From: a virus
Lineage: Duplodnaviria; Caudoviricetes
Reading direction: 5' to 3' (one strand)
Length of the DNA stretch: 64,000 nt
IMG/VR virus record: IMGVR_UViG_3300037466_002533
Span: 1 to 64,000 of that record
Shown in pieces: positions 9,985-19,757 of the stretch (position 1 is the first letter of the stretch; the number at the start of each line of letters is the position of its first letter). The position numbers and the translations under genes were made by a program. Below the pieces are notes generated by a model, which was not told where the DNA came from, ran no database searches, and was given only the letters and a program-made list of their open reading frames with translations.

Positions 9985-10419
9985 TTAGAACTGGGACTTT
10001 GGGGAGAGCCAGACACCCTTTTCGTTGATGCGGCCCTCCACCCCGTCCGCCAGGCCGTGCTGGGTCTCGTCCTTGGCCCGGTCGAAGTCGAATTCGCTGT
10101 CCTCCAATCTACCTGTTATGGAGACCTCTGGAGAGATGTATGGATTATCGTCTTCATCGACCTCGATGTTGGTCATGTCGGCGAATGCCACGAATCCGAT
10201 CTCCCGGTAGCGCTCGACGGCCTCCTGCTCCAGGCTTCCGAGGTCCTTCTCCTTCTCGTCTGCGCTGCGGCTGGACCCGATGATCGCCTTGAACTTCCGC
10301 ATGAGTAGGGTCTGGATCTCCATGACCTGGATTCGCTCGGTCGGCAGTAGGTCGACCGTCTGGTGGCCGAGCTTGTCAGTGTCACTCAAAGGACTATCCT
10401 TTCCAGCAATGCTGGTCAT
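9985..10419 (-). CDS. hypothetical acidic protein
   Basis: ORF, start reset to MTSIAGK. Confidence 0.6.
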   Translation of the reverse strand: MTSIAGKDSPLSDTDKLGHQTVDLLPTERIQVMEIQTLLMRKFKAIIGSSRSADEKEKDLGSLEQEAVERYREIGFVAFADMTNIEVDEDDNPYISPEVSITGRLEDSEFDFDRAKDETQHGLADGVEGRINEKGVWLSPKSQF

Positions 10420-10570
10420 TCTGCGGGCCGTCAGTGAAGCCCGTGCAGATCTGTGTGTAGGGGTGGTGGTGGAACTCCACGGTCCGGCCCTCGTCCAGGT
10501 CCTTCCGCACGGAGTTGAGTACCGCCTGAGAGTCAACAATCGCTGGATTGATGAATACCCTCCGAGTCAC
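10394..10570 (-). CDS. small hypothetical protein (58 aa, MTRRVFINP...)
   Basis: GTG start after GGAAGGA, fills the gap; below ORF-track cutoff. Confidence 0.4.
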   Translation of the reverse strand: MTRRVFINPAIVDSQAVLNSVRKDLDEGRTVEFHHHPYTQICTGFTDGPQNDQHCWKG

Positions 10571-10664
10571 TCTATTCCTTCCATCGTTCGCCGTAGATCA
10601 ATATCCGAAAGTCGTTCTGCCACACAGTGTATCACAACGGCAAACGGAAGGAATAGCTTCCTCG

Positions 10665-11342
10665 TCACCGGATTCCGACCTGGGAGTGCAGGCGCGGCAG
10701 GGCCTTTCGGATGGCCTCAAGCTCAGCCCACTCGTCCTGCGTACGGCGGGTCAGCAGCTCCAGCTCATCCTTGCGAGCGACCAGGTCCTTGGCGACCACC
10801 ATGGCCTGCGCCAGGGTGACGGTGTGCCGATACTGCAGCCCGCGCCCCTTGGGCTTGAACTCGCCACCATCGGGCAGCGGGATATTGTCCACGCCCAGCT
10901 TGGGCAGCAGCAGGTCTATCATGGTGCTGGGGTCGGGCAGAGGGTCTTCCAGGGGCGGGGGCGGGGGAGCGATCGGTTCCAGCTCGCTCTCATCCAGCTC
11001 GTCATCCGGGTCCTCCACCTGCTCCGGAGACTCCTCCAGGGGGAGGGGCGGCACGCAGTCGAAGAACTTCACCTGCTCCTCGAACTCACCCCAGTCCTTG
11101 CCGGAGGCCGCTATCTCCTCGTTGCCGATGGCCACCCGCACCACGTCTTCGACGGAAGTGAAGTTGTATGGGGACTCCCACTCGTCGCGGAACTCCTGCT
11201 TGTGGTATATGCGCCGGTGGCGGGCATCGCAGTCGGGCATGTGGACGTGGAAGGAGAATCCCTCGGGGTCCAGCAGCCCCGGCCCTATCAACACCAGGCT
11301 CGTCATGTCCTCACTCCTTGCATCCGTGCGCCCATCAGGCAC
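10665..11342 (-). CDS. hypothetical protein with Pro/acidic linker and C-terminal coiled coil
   Basis: EPIAPPPPPLEDPLPDP linker. Confidence 0.55.
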   Translation of the reverse strand: MPDGRTDARSEDMTSLVLIGPGLLDPEGFSFHVHMPDCDARHRRIYHKQEFRDEWESPYNFTSVEDVVRVAIGNEEIAASGKDWGEFEEQVKFFDCVPPLPLEESPEQVEDPDDELDESELEPIAPPPPPLEDPLPDPSTMIDLLLPKLGVDNIPLPDGGEFKPKGRGLQYRHTVTLAQAMVVAKDLVARKDELELLTRRTQDEWAELEAIRKALPRLHSQVGIR

Positions 11343-11446
11343 TTAGCGATAAAGATACCACTCATGAGGTGGTTTCCGCCAGTAGGTGACGCGATGTCTC
11401 GGTGCGACCCGGGCGGGAGACGGTCTCGTGGTGGGTGCTCGTCGGC

Positions 11447-11668
11447 TCAGATGTAAGAGTCGAAGAAGTCCCACTCCGCTTCCGTGTACTCGATCCCGTC
11501 GTGCAACTCACGGATGTTGCCGTGGCCCCGGTTGCCCTTGTTGTTCCTCCACAGGTAGTCGGACTCCCGGCGGGTGATCCAGACCACCTCGTTCGGGCGT
11601 TCGAACTTGACGGTGTTGCGGCGCTGGTCGAAGCTCATCTTCGTCTGCGCCGGGGCGTTGGTAGCCAT
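11447..11668 (-). CDS. hypothetical protein (73 aa)
   Basis: AGGAACG RBS, ORF. Confidence 0.6.
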   Translation of the reverse strand: MATNAPAQTKMSFDQRRNTVKFERPNEVVWITRRESDYLWRNNKGNRGHGNIRELHDGIEYTEAEWDFFDSYI

Positions 11669-11725
11669 GGTCGTTCCTTCCCCTGAAGGTGGGGGCTGCT
11701 GTCTGAGCCCCCTGCTGTGATGGGT

Positions 11726-11741
11726 AGTCTAGCTATCTTTT
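11726..11741 (-). promoter_or_regulatory. AAAAGATA-N2-TANNNT promoter
   Basis: minus strand AAAAGATA GC TAGACT. Confidence 0.5.
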
Positions 11742-11777
11742 TCAAGGAGAGCCAGCCGGTCAGCCCGGCGAGTCGTC

Positions 11778-12233
11778 CTAGAAGCGCTTGCCGTGCTTGT
11801 GGGGCCTGGTGGAGTTGTAGGTCATCTTCTCCTCGGTGGCGCCCTGAACGTCGATGCGGACTGTCTCCGCGAATTCAGCCGTGCGTACGAGAATGTCGGC
11901 CAGCTCTGACGGAACACCTTCGGGCTTGCCGGTGGGTGAGGTCCAGCCCCTGAAGTGGCCGACTTCCCGAAGCGCTTCATACGCCTCGGAGACCTCGCTG
12001 ACTATCAGTAGCAGGCGCTTGGCGGCGTGCATCTCTTTCCAGGTGGCCTGGATGCCGTCGATGAAGGTCTGGACGTCATCCGGCAGCGGCCGGTGGTAGC
12101 CGATATCCAGGATCCTGCGGGCTACCTCGCCGAGGTCATCATCGTCGTGGAATCCCTTGCTCTCGGAGTGATCGAAGGCCTTCTTCTGCAGTTCTCGGAG
12201 GTTTCCGATCTGTACTGGTGTTGCGGTGGTCAT
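11778..12233 (-). CDS. MazG-like NTP pyrophosphohydrolase
   Basis: LLIVSEVSEAYEALR...GVPSELADILVR (ExxE...ExxD). Confidence 0.8.
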   Translation of the reverse strand: MTTATPVQIGNLRELQKKAFDHSESKGFHDDDDLGEVARRILDIGYHRPLPDDVQTFIDGIQATWKEMHAAKRLLLIVSEVSEAYEALREVGHFRGWTSPTGKPEGVPSELADILVRTAEFAETVRIDVQGATEEKMTYNSTRPHKHGKRF

Positions 12234-12433
12234 GTTTTCCCCTCGTAGTGGTAATTCCAGGAGTCGGGAACTAGCGGCACCGACTTACCTCTCGAATAAA
12301 TCATGTCGTCAACCTCCAGGAGTGGTGGAGGGACGGGCACACCGTTGCTGGTGCGAACATTGACATCGTGGATCTCTCCGGCCGCCGGACCACCACGAAG
12401 ATAGGCGCAGATGATTACTTCTCTGTTGGGCAC
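12230..12433 (-). CDS. hypothetical protein (67 aa)
   Basis: start reset to GTG overlapping the exonuclease end. Confidence 0.45.
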   Translation of the reverse strand: MPNREVIICAYLRGGPAAGEIHDVNVRTSNGVPVPPPLLEVDDMIYSRGKSVPLVPDSWNYHYEGKT

Positions 12434-13113
12434 TGAACCGGCCAATCGTCGTTCACCTTTTCGTTCTTGCCGATCCGCGTGAAGTAGCTCTGCAGACCGG
12501 CGGCCCACACCTTGTGGGAGTGCTGCTGCTGGCGGAACAGGTCTCGCAGATCCGTCTGCCGCAGGTACGCGCTCTTGTCCCGCATGATCTGGGCGATCTT
12601 CACCGTGGCGATGGTGTCCTCTTCCGAGGAGTGGGCGCTCTTGTTTACCACTCCGTAGTAGTCGGCAACAACAGCCAGGGTCGCCTTCTTGTTCCCGGCC
12701 ATCCGGTGAAGGACCATGGTGTCGATGACGGGGCCGGTGACCTTGAACGGCTCTTCGCCGTACCGCTCCAGTTCGGCGTTCAGCACACCGAAGTCGTAGC
12801 TGATGTTGTGCCCGGTCAAGGTGCGCCCCTCGTTCCAGCCCTGCTCGATCAGGTCTCGGAGGTCGCGGACGACCTCGGCCCCGGGTCGCGCATCCTTAAC
12901 CATGTCGTCGGTAAATCCATGGATATTGGTGGACTCCGGGGGGATCGGGATGCCGGGGTTGGCGACGAAGGTCATCGCCGTCAGATCATCGTCCCGCTCG
13001 TACACCAGGGAGGCGGTGACCACCCGGGCGGTGCGTACATCCACGCCGGTGGTCTCCAGGTCGAATCCCAGGAATGGAGAGTCAACCAGGGTGTGCTTGT
13101 TGTTGTCGGGCAT
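12415..13113 (-). CDS. dnaQ: DnaQ-like 3'-5' exonuclease (Pol III epsilon family)
   Basis: FDLETTG ExoI, GHNISYD ExoII, HSSEED ExoIII. Confidence 0.85.
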   Translation of the reverse strand: MPDNNKHTLVDSPFLGFDLETTGVDVRTARVVTASLVYERDDDLTAMTFVANPGIPIPPESTNIHGFTDDMVKDARPGAEVVRDLRDLIEQGWNEGRTLTGHNISYDFGVLNAELERYGEEPFKVTGPVIDTMVLHRMAGNKKATLAVVADYYGVVNKSAHSSEEDTIATVKIAQIMRDKSAYLRQTDLRDLFRQQQHSHKVWAAGLQSYFTRIGKNEKVNDDWPVQCPTEK

Positions 13114-13116
13114 TGT

Positions 13117-13452
13117 TCAGAATTCTCCGTAGGTGACGGGAGTGCTTTTGATATGGCGCAGAGGCTTCTCGGAAAAGATCCCTATGTTAAGATCGTCGTC
13201 GTTGATCACCATGACCATGTATCCGGTCTGGACGTAGTCGTCCAGGGTGACGCCCTCCAGCATGGGCGCCCAACCGAATGTCCTCCTGAAGTAGGAGGCA
13301 ATGGCCTTCACCTGACGGGCGGTCACATCCTGTTGTGCAGTGGAGACGATGGTGCTGTCGCCATAGGCGGACTCGAACACCAACAGCTTGACGCCATAGA
13401 TGTCGAAGTTGTACAGGAGATCACCGAAGACTGTGGGTGCCTCGGAGGACAT
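13117..13452 (-). CDS. hypothetical protein (111 aa)
   Basis: tightly packed ORF. Confidence 0.55.
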   Translation of the reverse strand: MSSEAPTVFGDLLYNFDIYGVKLLVFESAYGDSTIVSTAQQDVTARQVKAIASYFRRTFGWAPMLEGVTLDDYVQTGYMVMVINDDDLNIGIFSEKPLRHIKSTPVTYGEF

Positions 13453-13660
13453 CCTCCGCCTCCTGTCTGGCCTTGTCGTAGAAACTCGGGGCCGCCTGGA
13501 TCTTATCCTCAGGCACCGACACCTCGACGGCGGCGTTGGATATGGTCCTGCTGATGCGCCGCGCCAGCAGCCTCTCTCCGGCCTTCTGATAGGCCAGCCT
13601 GATCAGCGCCAGCAGGATGACTGCGGCGAACACCAGTAGGATGATTACTCCAGTTGACAC
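13421..13660 (-). CDS. small membrane protein
   Basis: N-terminal hydrophobic helix VIILLVFAAVILLALI. Confidence 0.55.
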   Translation of the reverse strand: MSTGVIILLVFAAVILLALIRLAYQKAGERLLARRISRTISNAAVEVSVPEDKIQAAPSFYDKARQEAEDVLRGTHSLR

Positions 13661-13666
13661 GCTGTC

Positions 13667-14662
13667 TCACACCTTCGAGAAGTCCGGGAATGGCCGCTCG
13701 CAGGTGGCGCAGCGGTCCAGCATCTGGTCGGTCCGGCCGACGAAGTCACCGGCCGTCGCCTGCAGGATGATCTTGTGACGGTAGGGGAGGTCGTCGTTGG
13801 CGACCTTGGCGAACACCTGCAGCACGTCGTAGACGGTGGGCTCATCGGGCAGCGACGAAGAAACGTCCATGATCCGGGCGATGATCCGGTTGGGCAGTTT
13901 GCGCTCGTGGGCCACATGGTAGATGAACTGAGACCGCTTGCCGACGATCGGCCGGTCGGCGGTCTGCCGGTAATCCTCCGCACGTAGCACCAGATCCTGC
14001 TTCAGGCCCAGGACAACGTTGGAGATCTCCGCCGACAATTCATCCAGGTCCTTACCCCGCAGGGAGATCTTGGAGGATACCTCGGCCACCGAGATGCCGG
14101 TGTCGTTGCCCTGGCGGTGGAAGTAGCTGGATACCGTCGGGGGCTTCTGCAGGTCCGGGTATGCAATGATCCGCAGGCCCGCACGGGCCACATCATCCTC
14201 TTCCGGGTGGTCCGAGCTGTCTCCGGGGATGGCCACAGTCCTGTCGGTCAGGACATCTACGTGAAGATATCCGGGCTCGGAGATGAACGTCTGCACCTCG
14301 TCGGTGCTGTCGAACCTGCTGGCGATCAGGTCCAGGTAGGTGGTCAGCGGGAACGCCTTGGTCTCCGGGTCCGCCAGGCTGACGATGTGGTTGTCCTGGT
14401 GGTAGATGGCCACCCGACCCTCGTTGCCCGATGCCCAGTAGTTCAGGTTGGCCGCCTGCAGCTCGGGGCTGCACTTGGACACGTACCGCAGCGGCACCTT
14501 CAGGAAGGGCGCCAGGTTGGTCAGGGCGTCAGCGTCGAAGGCGAACTCATCCTCGCCATCGACCTGTACTGATTCGGGGGTTACGGAGAGGGATGAGACC
14601 GGCACCACCTTGGGGGTCCGGAACACCCCGCCCGACAATTCCTGAAGTTCGGAGACCTGCAT
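13667..14662 (-). CDS. hypothetical protein, possibly DUF932-like
   Basis: LKVPLRYVSKCSPELQAANLNYW segment; C-terminal CATC. Confidence 0.5.
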   Translation of the reverse strand: MQVSELQELSGGVFRTPKVVPVSSLSVTPESVQVDGEDEFAFDADALTNLAPFLKVPLRYVSKCSPELQAANLNYWASGNEGRVAIYHQDNHIVSLADPETKAFPLTTYLDLIASRFDSTDEVQTFISEPGYLHVDVLTDRTVAIPGDSSDHPEEDDVARAGLRIIAYPDLQKPPTVSSYFHRQGNDTGISVAEVSSKISLRGKDLDELSAEISNVVLGLKQDLVLRAEDYRQTADRPIVGKRSQFIYHVAHERKLPNRIIARIMDVSSSLPDEPTVYDVLQVFAKVANDDLPYRHKIILQATAGDFVGRTDQMLDRCATCERPFPDFSKV

Positions 14663-14703
14663 TCATCATTCCTTACATAGGTGGGTTGATGACTTCACCG
14701 AGA

Positions 14704-14720
14704 ATCGTAGCAAATCTTTT
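14704..14720 (-). promoter_or_regulatory. AAAAGATT-N3-TANNNT promoter
   Basis: minus strand AAAAGATT TGC TACGAT. Confidence 0.5.
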
Positions 14721-15363
14721 AAGACGTCAACTCCGGCGGTGTCTCCTCCACCAATTCTGCGTCCTCGATATCTCCGCTGCGCAGTTCCTCCAGGCGGTCC
14801 ACGATGGCATTCCACAGCTCCTGGGGAACGACATCTTTTACGGCCCGCATGATCATGTTCACCTGGGCCATGGCCTCCGCCGCCGAAGTATGGTCGGCAG
14901 ACTCCCGCTCGAAGTCCTGGACGAACTTAGCCGCCTCCAGGGTCTCCTTGACGGTGGGCTGGATCTGCTCGGTGACGATCAGCTCGTGGCCCTTGCGCAT
15001 GGCGATCTCCGCCACGGAGATGGGCCGCAGGATGCTGTCGACCCCTTCTTCGAAGTCGATGCCTTCCTCGGCCGCCCGGCGCTCCAGGTACCTCCTGACC
15101 GCCTCGTCCTTGTACGGCAGGTGTTTGTGGCAGTGGTTGACCACTGACGAGTAGGAGGGGGCGCTGGGGATGGCCCTGGATTCCGCCATGTCCTGTAGCT
15201 GCCGGGTGATGTCGGCGTACGACATACCGTTGATCGCCATGCGGGTGACGAGAGTTCTGATGGGATAACCCAACCGGCAGATCCCGCAGTTACCGTGCCC
15301 TTTAACCTTCTTGATCAGGGAACTACCGACCTGGTCCTGGGGAGGCATCCGTCCGTCACTCAT
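14719..15363 (-). CDS. zinc-finger/HTH protein, possible terminase small subunit
   Basis: CGIC...HTH-like MSYADITRQL...HCHKH; TerS assignment is a guess. Confidence 0.4.
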   Translation of the reverse strand: MSDGRMPPQDQVGSSLIKKVKGHGNCGICRLGYPIRTLVTRMAINGMSYADITRQLQDMAESRAIPSAPSYSSVVNHCHKHLPYKDEAVRRYLERRAAEEGIDFEEGVDSILRPISVAEIAMRKGHELIVTEQIQPTVKETLEAAKFVQDFERESADHTSAAEAMAQVNMIMRAVKDVVPQELWNAIVDRLEELRSGDIEDAELVEETPPELTS

Positions 15364-15700
15364 TGGGCTCGCCGTCCAGGTTGGGGGTGGCGTTGCTGGA
15401 GTGCGGTCCTCGGGTCAGCGGATTGTAGGCTCTGCGGTACAGCCCGCTGAAAAGATGGGCCTCGGGGAATCCCTGTGTGGGCATGACTTCTCGGGACCGA
15501 CGCAGGTCCAACTGTGACTGGGTGAGGAAATCTCGCAGGTCGGAGTGTGAGGTTACCCCCTTGCGGGACTTGGCCAACAGGTGGGCGGCCAGCTCCTCCA
15601 ACTCCCAGTCGTCTCCGGACTTGGTGCGGGTCAACCTTTTCCCGTCATTCCGAAGGCCCTCTACCCTCTCGTCGCGCTCCCTCTCGCGGTCAGTCGCCAC
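15356..15700 (-). CDS. hypothetical protein (114 aa)
   Basis: tightly packed ORF. Confidence 0.55.
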   Translation of the reverse strand: MATDRERERDERVEGLRNDGKRLTRTKSGDDWELEELAAHLLAKSRKGVTSHSDLRDFLTQSQLDLRRSREVMPTQGFPEAHLFSGLYRRAYNPLTRGPHSSNATPNLDGEPNE

Positions 15701-16079
15701 TGTCAGCCTGCTTCCGGTACCGGGCGCTCTTACGGAAAATCTCGTCGCGGCGGGCCACGTCAGCCTCCATGAACTCCATCATCCTTCCCAGACCATAGTT
15801 CTTGTACTGCTGAACGGGTGTGGGCCAGGTGGTGAACCCCATCTTTTTGGCGACGTCGACCTCGGACAGGTCCTCAACGCACATAAGCCAGACGGCTTCA
15901 CGCTGTCTGGGCGGTAGTACGGAGAAGGCTTCGAGGATGTCGAGGTAGTGGTAGTCCTCTCCCTTGACGGTTATCGTGTGCAGGCCTGCCGACTCGACCA
16001 GGCTCTGCCAGGTGGCGAAATTCTTGAGGATCCTGGCGAACTGGCTCCGCTTGGCCTTGTATTCAGCGGTCTCTGCCAT
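15690..16079 (-). CDS. sigma-70 region 4-like HTH protein
   Basis: LPPRQREAVWLMCVEDLSEVDVAKKMG. Confidence 0.7.
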   Translation of the reverse strand: MAETAEYKAKRSQFARILKNFATWQSLVESAGLHTITVKGEDYHYLDILEAFSVLPPRQREAVWLMCVEDLSEVDVAKKMGFTTWPTPVQQYKNYGLGRMMEFMEADVARRDEIFRKSARYRKQADSGD

Positions 16080-16085
16080 GTGGTG

Positions 16086-16787
16086 CTATTCCCATCTGTT
16101 GTGCTCCGAGATCCTCCATTGCCGGATACGCTCGAAAAGCCGGGCTACTTCCTTGATCTCCCGCTCGAACACCTGGGCGTTCGAGTAGATCCAGTACCGA
16201 TACAGGTAGTTGTACCGATCATCGCGGGCCTTGCGGTTCGCCACAGCTTCCCGCTGGGGGTTGGTCCCCTGCACGGGCGACTCGAACGCGGCATGGTACT
16301 CGTCCTGGTAGACGTACCTGGCGTAGGCCGTCTCCAGGAACAGCTCCTGCACACGCTGGGATGTCACTATTTTCAGTTCTTGCAACTTCAGGAGAGTTCG
16401 CTCGATGTCATATCCATCGAGGCTCTTCCAGTCCTCCACGTAGGTCCCGTCGGGGTTCCGCTCCCAGACGGGTCTGCCATCTTTATCGGTGATGACCTGG
16501 CCGTGCTTATTCACCCGTGCCGTCCGCACGGATGTGTATATCTCATCCAGCAGTTGGAAGCTCGCCCCGTACAGGTCGGCTACCACCATTTCGGCGGCTG
16601 ACTTCAGTTGGTCGATGACGAGACGATCATCCTGCTTCCAGTCGGGCTTGACCTTGTTCTGCACCAGCCGATGCCGGGCGTACCTCTGCTCCTGGATGGT
16701 CTGGTCCTCGGCGGAGATGTCTCCGTCCACGTCCTGGGCCATTTCTCTCTCCAGGTCGTCCACCTGCTGCTGTACGGGATCGGCCAT
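16086..16787 (-). CDS. hypothetical helical protein (233 aa)
   Basis: long ORF in operon. Confidence 0.6.
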   Translation of the reverse strand: MADPVQQQVDDLEREMAQDVDGDISAEDQTIQEQRYARHRLVQNKVKPDWKQDDRLVIDQLKSAAEMVVADLYGASFQLLDEIYTSVRTARVNKHGQVITDKDGRPVWERNPDGTYVEDWKSLDGYDIERTLLKLQELKIVTSQRVQELFLETAYARYVYQDEYHAAFESPVQGTNPQREAVANRKARDDRYNYLYRYWIYSNAQVFEREIKEVARLFERIRQWRISEHNRWE

Positions 16788-16788
16788 G

Positions 16789-17313
16789 TCAGAGCCACTC
16801 TGCGTCTTCGGGGTCGGGCACAGCCCACACGCCCTTCTTCTGGCAGGCGAGACCGATGATTACCGAGTCGAATGCGTCATACTGACCAGTGGTGACGCCG
16901 AACTGACTCTTGATGTCCGGATAAAGCTCCAGCACCTTTTCCCTCACCTGAATCTTGGTGGCCTTGTGGTCGCCCACGATCGCTTTCTTGGCGGCAACCG
17001 CAGCTATCCCCTGCCATGGCAGTCTATAATGAAATGCAAGACATTTCAAGGCCGCACTGACAGAAACAACGAAATCTTTATGGCTCATGTTCCCTATCGC
17101 CGGGACGATCTCCCAGCAGACATGAGTGACTTCCCATACACGGATCAACGACAAGAACTCCAGGTACAGCTTTTCAAGCTGTTCGTTGAGCCTGTCCGTG
17201 AATGTGGCCTTCTCCGATCGGTGATGCAGCCGGGCACAATGGAGTAGCTCGCCGTCCTCGAAAATGGATACGCCGACCTTGGTGCTGCCGGGGTCTACGG
17301 ATAGGAGTCTCAT
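16789..17313 (-). CDS. ruvC: RuvC-like Holliday junction resolvase
   Basis: LLSVDPGSTKVGVSIFE, VCWE, DAFDSV catalytic pattern; start reset to 17313. Confidence 0.8.
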   Translation of the reverse strand: MRLLSVDPGSTKVGVSIFEDGELLHCARLHHRSEKATFTDRLNEQLEKLYLEFLSLIRVWEVTHVCWEIVPAIGNMSHKDFVVSVSAALKCLAFHYRLPWQGIAAVAAKKAIVGDHKATKIQVREKVLELYPDIKSQFGVTTGQYDAFDSVIIGLACQKKGVWAVPDPEDAEWL

Positions 17314-17483
17314 ACACTTCTCGTGAGTAGCAGGCCTATTTCGCTGGCGACCGACCTGCAGTAATCGCACTGGTCGGTGCCGTGTGGGTAATCATTGACC
17401 TTCAGATGTTTCTTCAGGGAGGCGTTTAGGGCCTTCCTGTTCTTGGTGACCAGCAGCAGTGCCTGGCCCGAGTATACCGCCAT
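17310..17483 (-). CDS. small hypothetical protein (57 aa, CDYC)
   Basis: ATG after GAGG; stop overlaps the ruvC start (ATGA). Confidence 0.5.
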   Translation of the reverse strand: MAVYSGQALLLVTKNRKALNASLKKHLKVNDYPHGTDQCDYCRSVASEIGLLLTRSV

Positions 17484-17493
17484 TTCTCTTACC

Positions 17494-18216
17494 TCATCTC
17501 TTGCCCTCCCAACTACATTGAATCGGGCAGAATTGTCCGTTGCCTGGCAGGCAACACGTCTGGGGAGGATCGTTGTCGGCGATGGCCTTACGAACCCTCT
17601 CCCACTTGCTGTATATCTGGTCCAGCAGCTTGGGCTCCAGGTTGACCCGGACCTCCTTGAGCCGCCAGGGTCTTCCCATCTCCGCTATCAGCACCAGGGA
17701 GGTCTTCAGGCCCAGCTTGTCCATGTACGGATGGAGCTGGTGCACCCAGGACTTGTAGGGGCTGGAGAACCGTTCGAAGCTCATGCTGTTCATGGACTTG
17801 ATGTCCACCAGCTCGCCCTTGAAACGTAGGTCGGCGTGGCCGCGCCAGTGCCGCTCCTCGTCCACCAGCTTGATCTCTACGTCGTCCTCGGTGACCAGCC
17901 CGGCGTGGATTAGCTTCTGCTGGATGACGTGGTGCATCATGGTTCCCATGAGCGGGGTCATGATGCCGGTATAGTCGTCCTGACGCTTCTTCAGTTGTTT
18001 GCGCCGAACCGGGTGGAGCATCTCGTAGAGAGCCCTTTCCCCATACAGCGCATGTGTCGAGGGGTGGAAATAGTCGTCGTCCAGGGAGTCGTGATAGTAC
18101 GGATCGGGGACTGTGAAGTTGTCGGGCCAGGTGGGGTTCAGCAGTGCTGCCTGAACATATGGGGCAACCACCTGCTTTTCCGCCATCAGACGGAACAGTG
18201 CTGATCCATATGCCAT
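17494..18216 (-). CDS. Cas4/PD-(D/E)xK family exonuclease
   Basis: GTMMH, GHAD, VDIKS, QLHPY motifs and C-terminal Cys cluster. Confidence 0.7.
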   Translation of the reverse strand: MAYGSALFRLMAEKQVVAPYVQAALLNPTWPDNFTVPDPYYHDSLDDDYFHPSTHALYGERALYEMLHPVRRKQLKKRQDDYTGIMTPLMGTMMHHVIQQKLIHAGLVTEDDVEIKLVDEERHWRGHADLRFKGELVDIKSMNSMSFERFSSPYKSWVHQLHPYMDKLGLKTSLVLIAEMGRPWRLKEVRVNLEPKLLDQIYSKWERVRKAIADNDPPQTCCLPGNGQFCPIQCSWEGKR

Positions 18217-18567
18217 TTACTTGTCGATGCCCCTCTTGGCCAATTCCATAATCATCAGTAGGTCATCCAACTGAAGAACCACATAGTCCTGTGGGTCGGC
18301 ATTGACGAACCTTACCGGTAACATGAACATCTTACCCAATTCGGCGGCCCTCTGCAACCATTCCGAGAGCATTTCCGAATTGAGCGAGTACGACTTCTTC
18401 TCCGTGCATTTACAGTCGATTATCATGGGGATCGGGTTCAGCCGGTTATGGCCGGTCGATCCGTCACCCGGATCGTTGAACTGATTGCCTGACGCGATGG
18501 TGCTGTTCAGGCCCAGGGCCTCCTGCAGCTCCCTCTCGTGGCGCTGCCAGTTCTTCTCAACTGCCAT
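18217..18567 (-). CDS. small PD-(D/E)xK nuclease, resolvase-like
   Basis: SGNQFNDPGD...IDCKCT. Confidence 0.6.
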   Translation of the reverse strand: MAVEKNWQRHERELQEALGLNSTIASGNQFNDPGDGSTGHNRLNPIPMIIDCKCTEKKSYSLNSEMLSEWLQRAAELGKMFMLPVRFVNADPQDYVVLQLDDLLMIMELAKRGIDK

Positions 18568-19729
18568 TCTTGGAGGCTGCCAATGCCTTGATCTCAGCCA
18601 GGGTCTTGGCGCCGCCCATATTGTTGTCGAAGTCTTCCAGGCTCTGCTCCGGGTCGGCGGACATGGGGACGATCTCCGACATGTCGACGGTGCCGGACTT
18701 CATCTTGTCCATGGTCTGATCGAACAGCTTCGTCCGGGCCTTCGGGTTTTCTTTCAGGAAGGCGGCGAATGCGGAGTTGCCGAGGATCTTGCCGTCCGGC
18801 AGAAGATCATGGTACAGCCAGGCACCCTTGCGCTCCACCACCTCGGTGAGCACGGAAAGCCTTGCTACTTCTTCTATCTGGTCGATGCCGAAGCCCAGGT
18901 CGTTCTTGACGTTGTAGAACCAGTAGGTGGCGATGCGGCCCGGGGCGCCGACGGAAGACTTTATGACCTTGACGTTGACCTGGTACCCGACCAGCATCTC
19001 CTCGCCGTTGATCTTCTGAAAGGCCTCGCCGTCCTTGCCCTTGGGACCACGCTTGACCTGCAGGCGCAGGGAGCAGGCATGCTTCCAGGCCCGTCCGCCG
19101 GGGGTCATGTGCCGCTGGTACCCGGACATGTCCTCGCGGATCTGGTTGATTCCGATAGTGGTGAAGTTGAACTTGCCGGACAGGGTGGTGGCATACTTGG
19201 CGAACTGGGTGATGATGCCCGAGTTACCAGCGAACTCCCTTGTGTTGGCGTCCTTCTCCAGCCCCTTGGCGGTCGGTGAGCCACCTATGGAGTCCCAGGC
19301 GATGGCGGATACCGCGCCGGACTTGGCCATATCCCGGTAGATGTTCACTCCCTCTTCGGCATCGCTGGGCTTGATGACGATCATCCGATCCGGCTCTTCG
19401 ATGAAGTTCTCGGCCCAGTCGGTCTCCAGGCGATGTTCCATGTCGATGAAACCGACGCCCCGGTCCGGAAACTGCTTGAGGTAGTTGTTGAGTGCATGGA
19501 GCACTCCGGTGGTCTTGCCGGTACCTTCGGCCCCGGCGATCTCGATCACCCTACCGAGGGGGTAGCCGCCGATCCCCAGGGCGTAGTCCAGAGATAGCGA
19601 CCCCGTGGAAACCACGTCGTAGGCCGGGATCTCCGAGAGGTGGTAAATGGCGTTGTCGCCGTACGACTTCTTGATCTGTGCAAAGATCTTTTCCAATGCA
19701 GTGCTGGTCATGTGTCCTTTTATGTCCAT
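18557..19729 (-). CDS. recA: RecA-family recombinase
   Basis: STGSLSLDYALGIGG, GAEGTGKTT Walker A, WDSI Walker B, INQIRE, TPGGRAWKH. Confidence 0.92.
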   Translation of the reverse strand: MDIKGHMTSTALEKIFAQIKKSYGDNAIYHLSEIPAYDVVSTGSLSLDYALGIGGYPLGRVIEIAGAEGTGKTTGVLHALNNYLKQFPDRGVGFIDMEHRLETDWAENFIEEPDRMIVIKPSDAEEGVNIYRDMAKSGAVSAIAWDSIGGSPTAKGLEKDANTREFAGNSGIITQFAKYATTLSGKFNFTTIGINQIREDMSGYQRHMTPGGRAWKHACSLRLQVKRGPKGKDGEAFQKINGEEMLVGYQVNVKVIKSSVGAPGRIATYWFYNVKNDLGFGIDQIEEVARLSVLTEVVERKGAWLYHDLLPDGKILGNSAFAAFLKENPKARTKLFDQTMDKMKSGTVDMSEIVPMSADPEQSLEDFDNNMGGAKTLAEIKALAASKNGS

Positions 19730-19757
19730 TCAGATATCGGTATCCCCATGTCCGGGA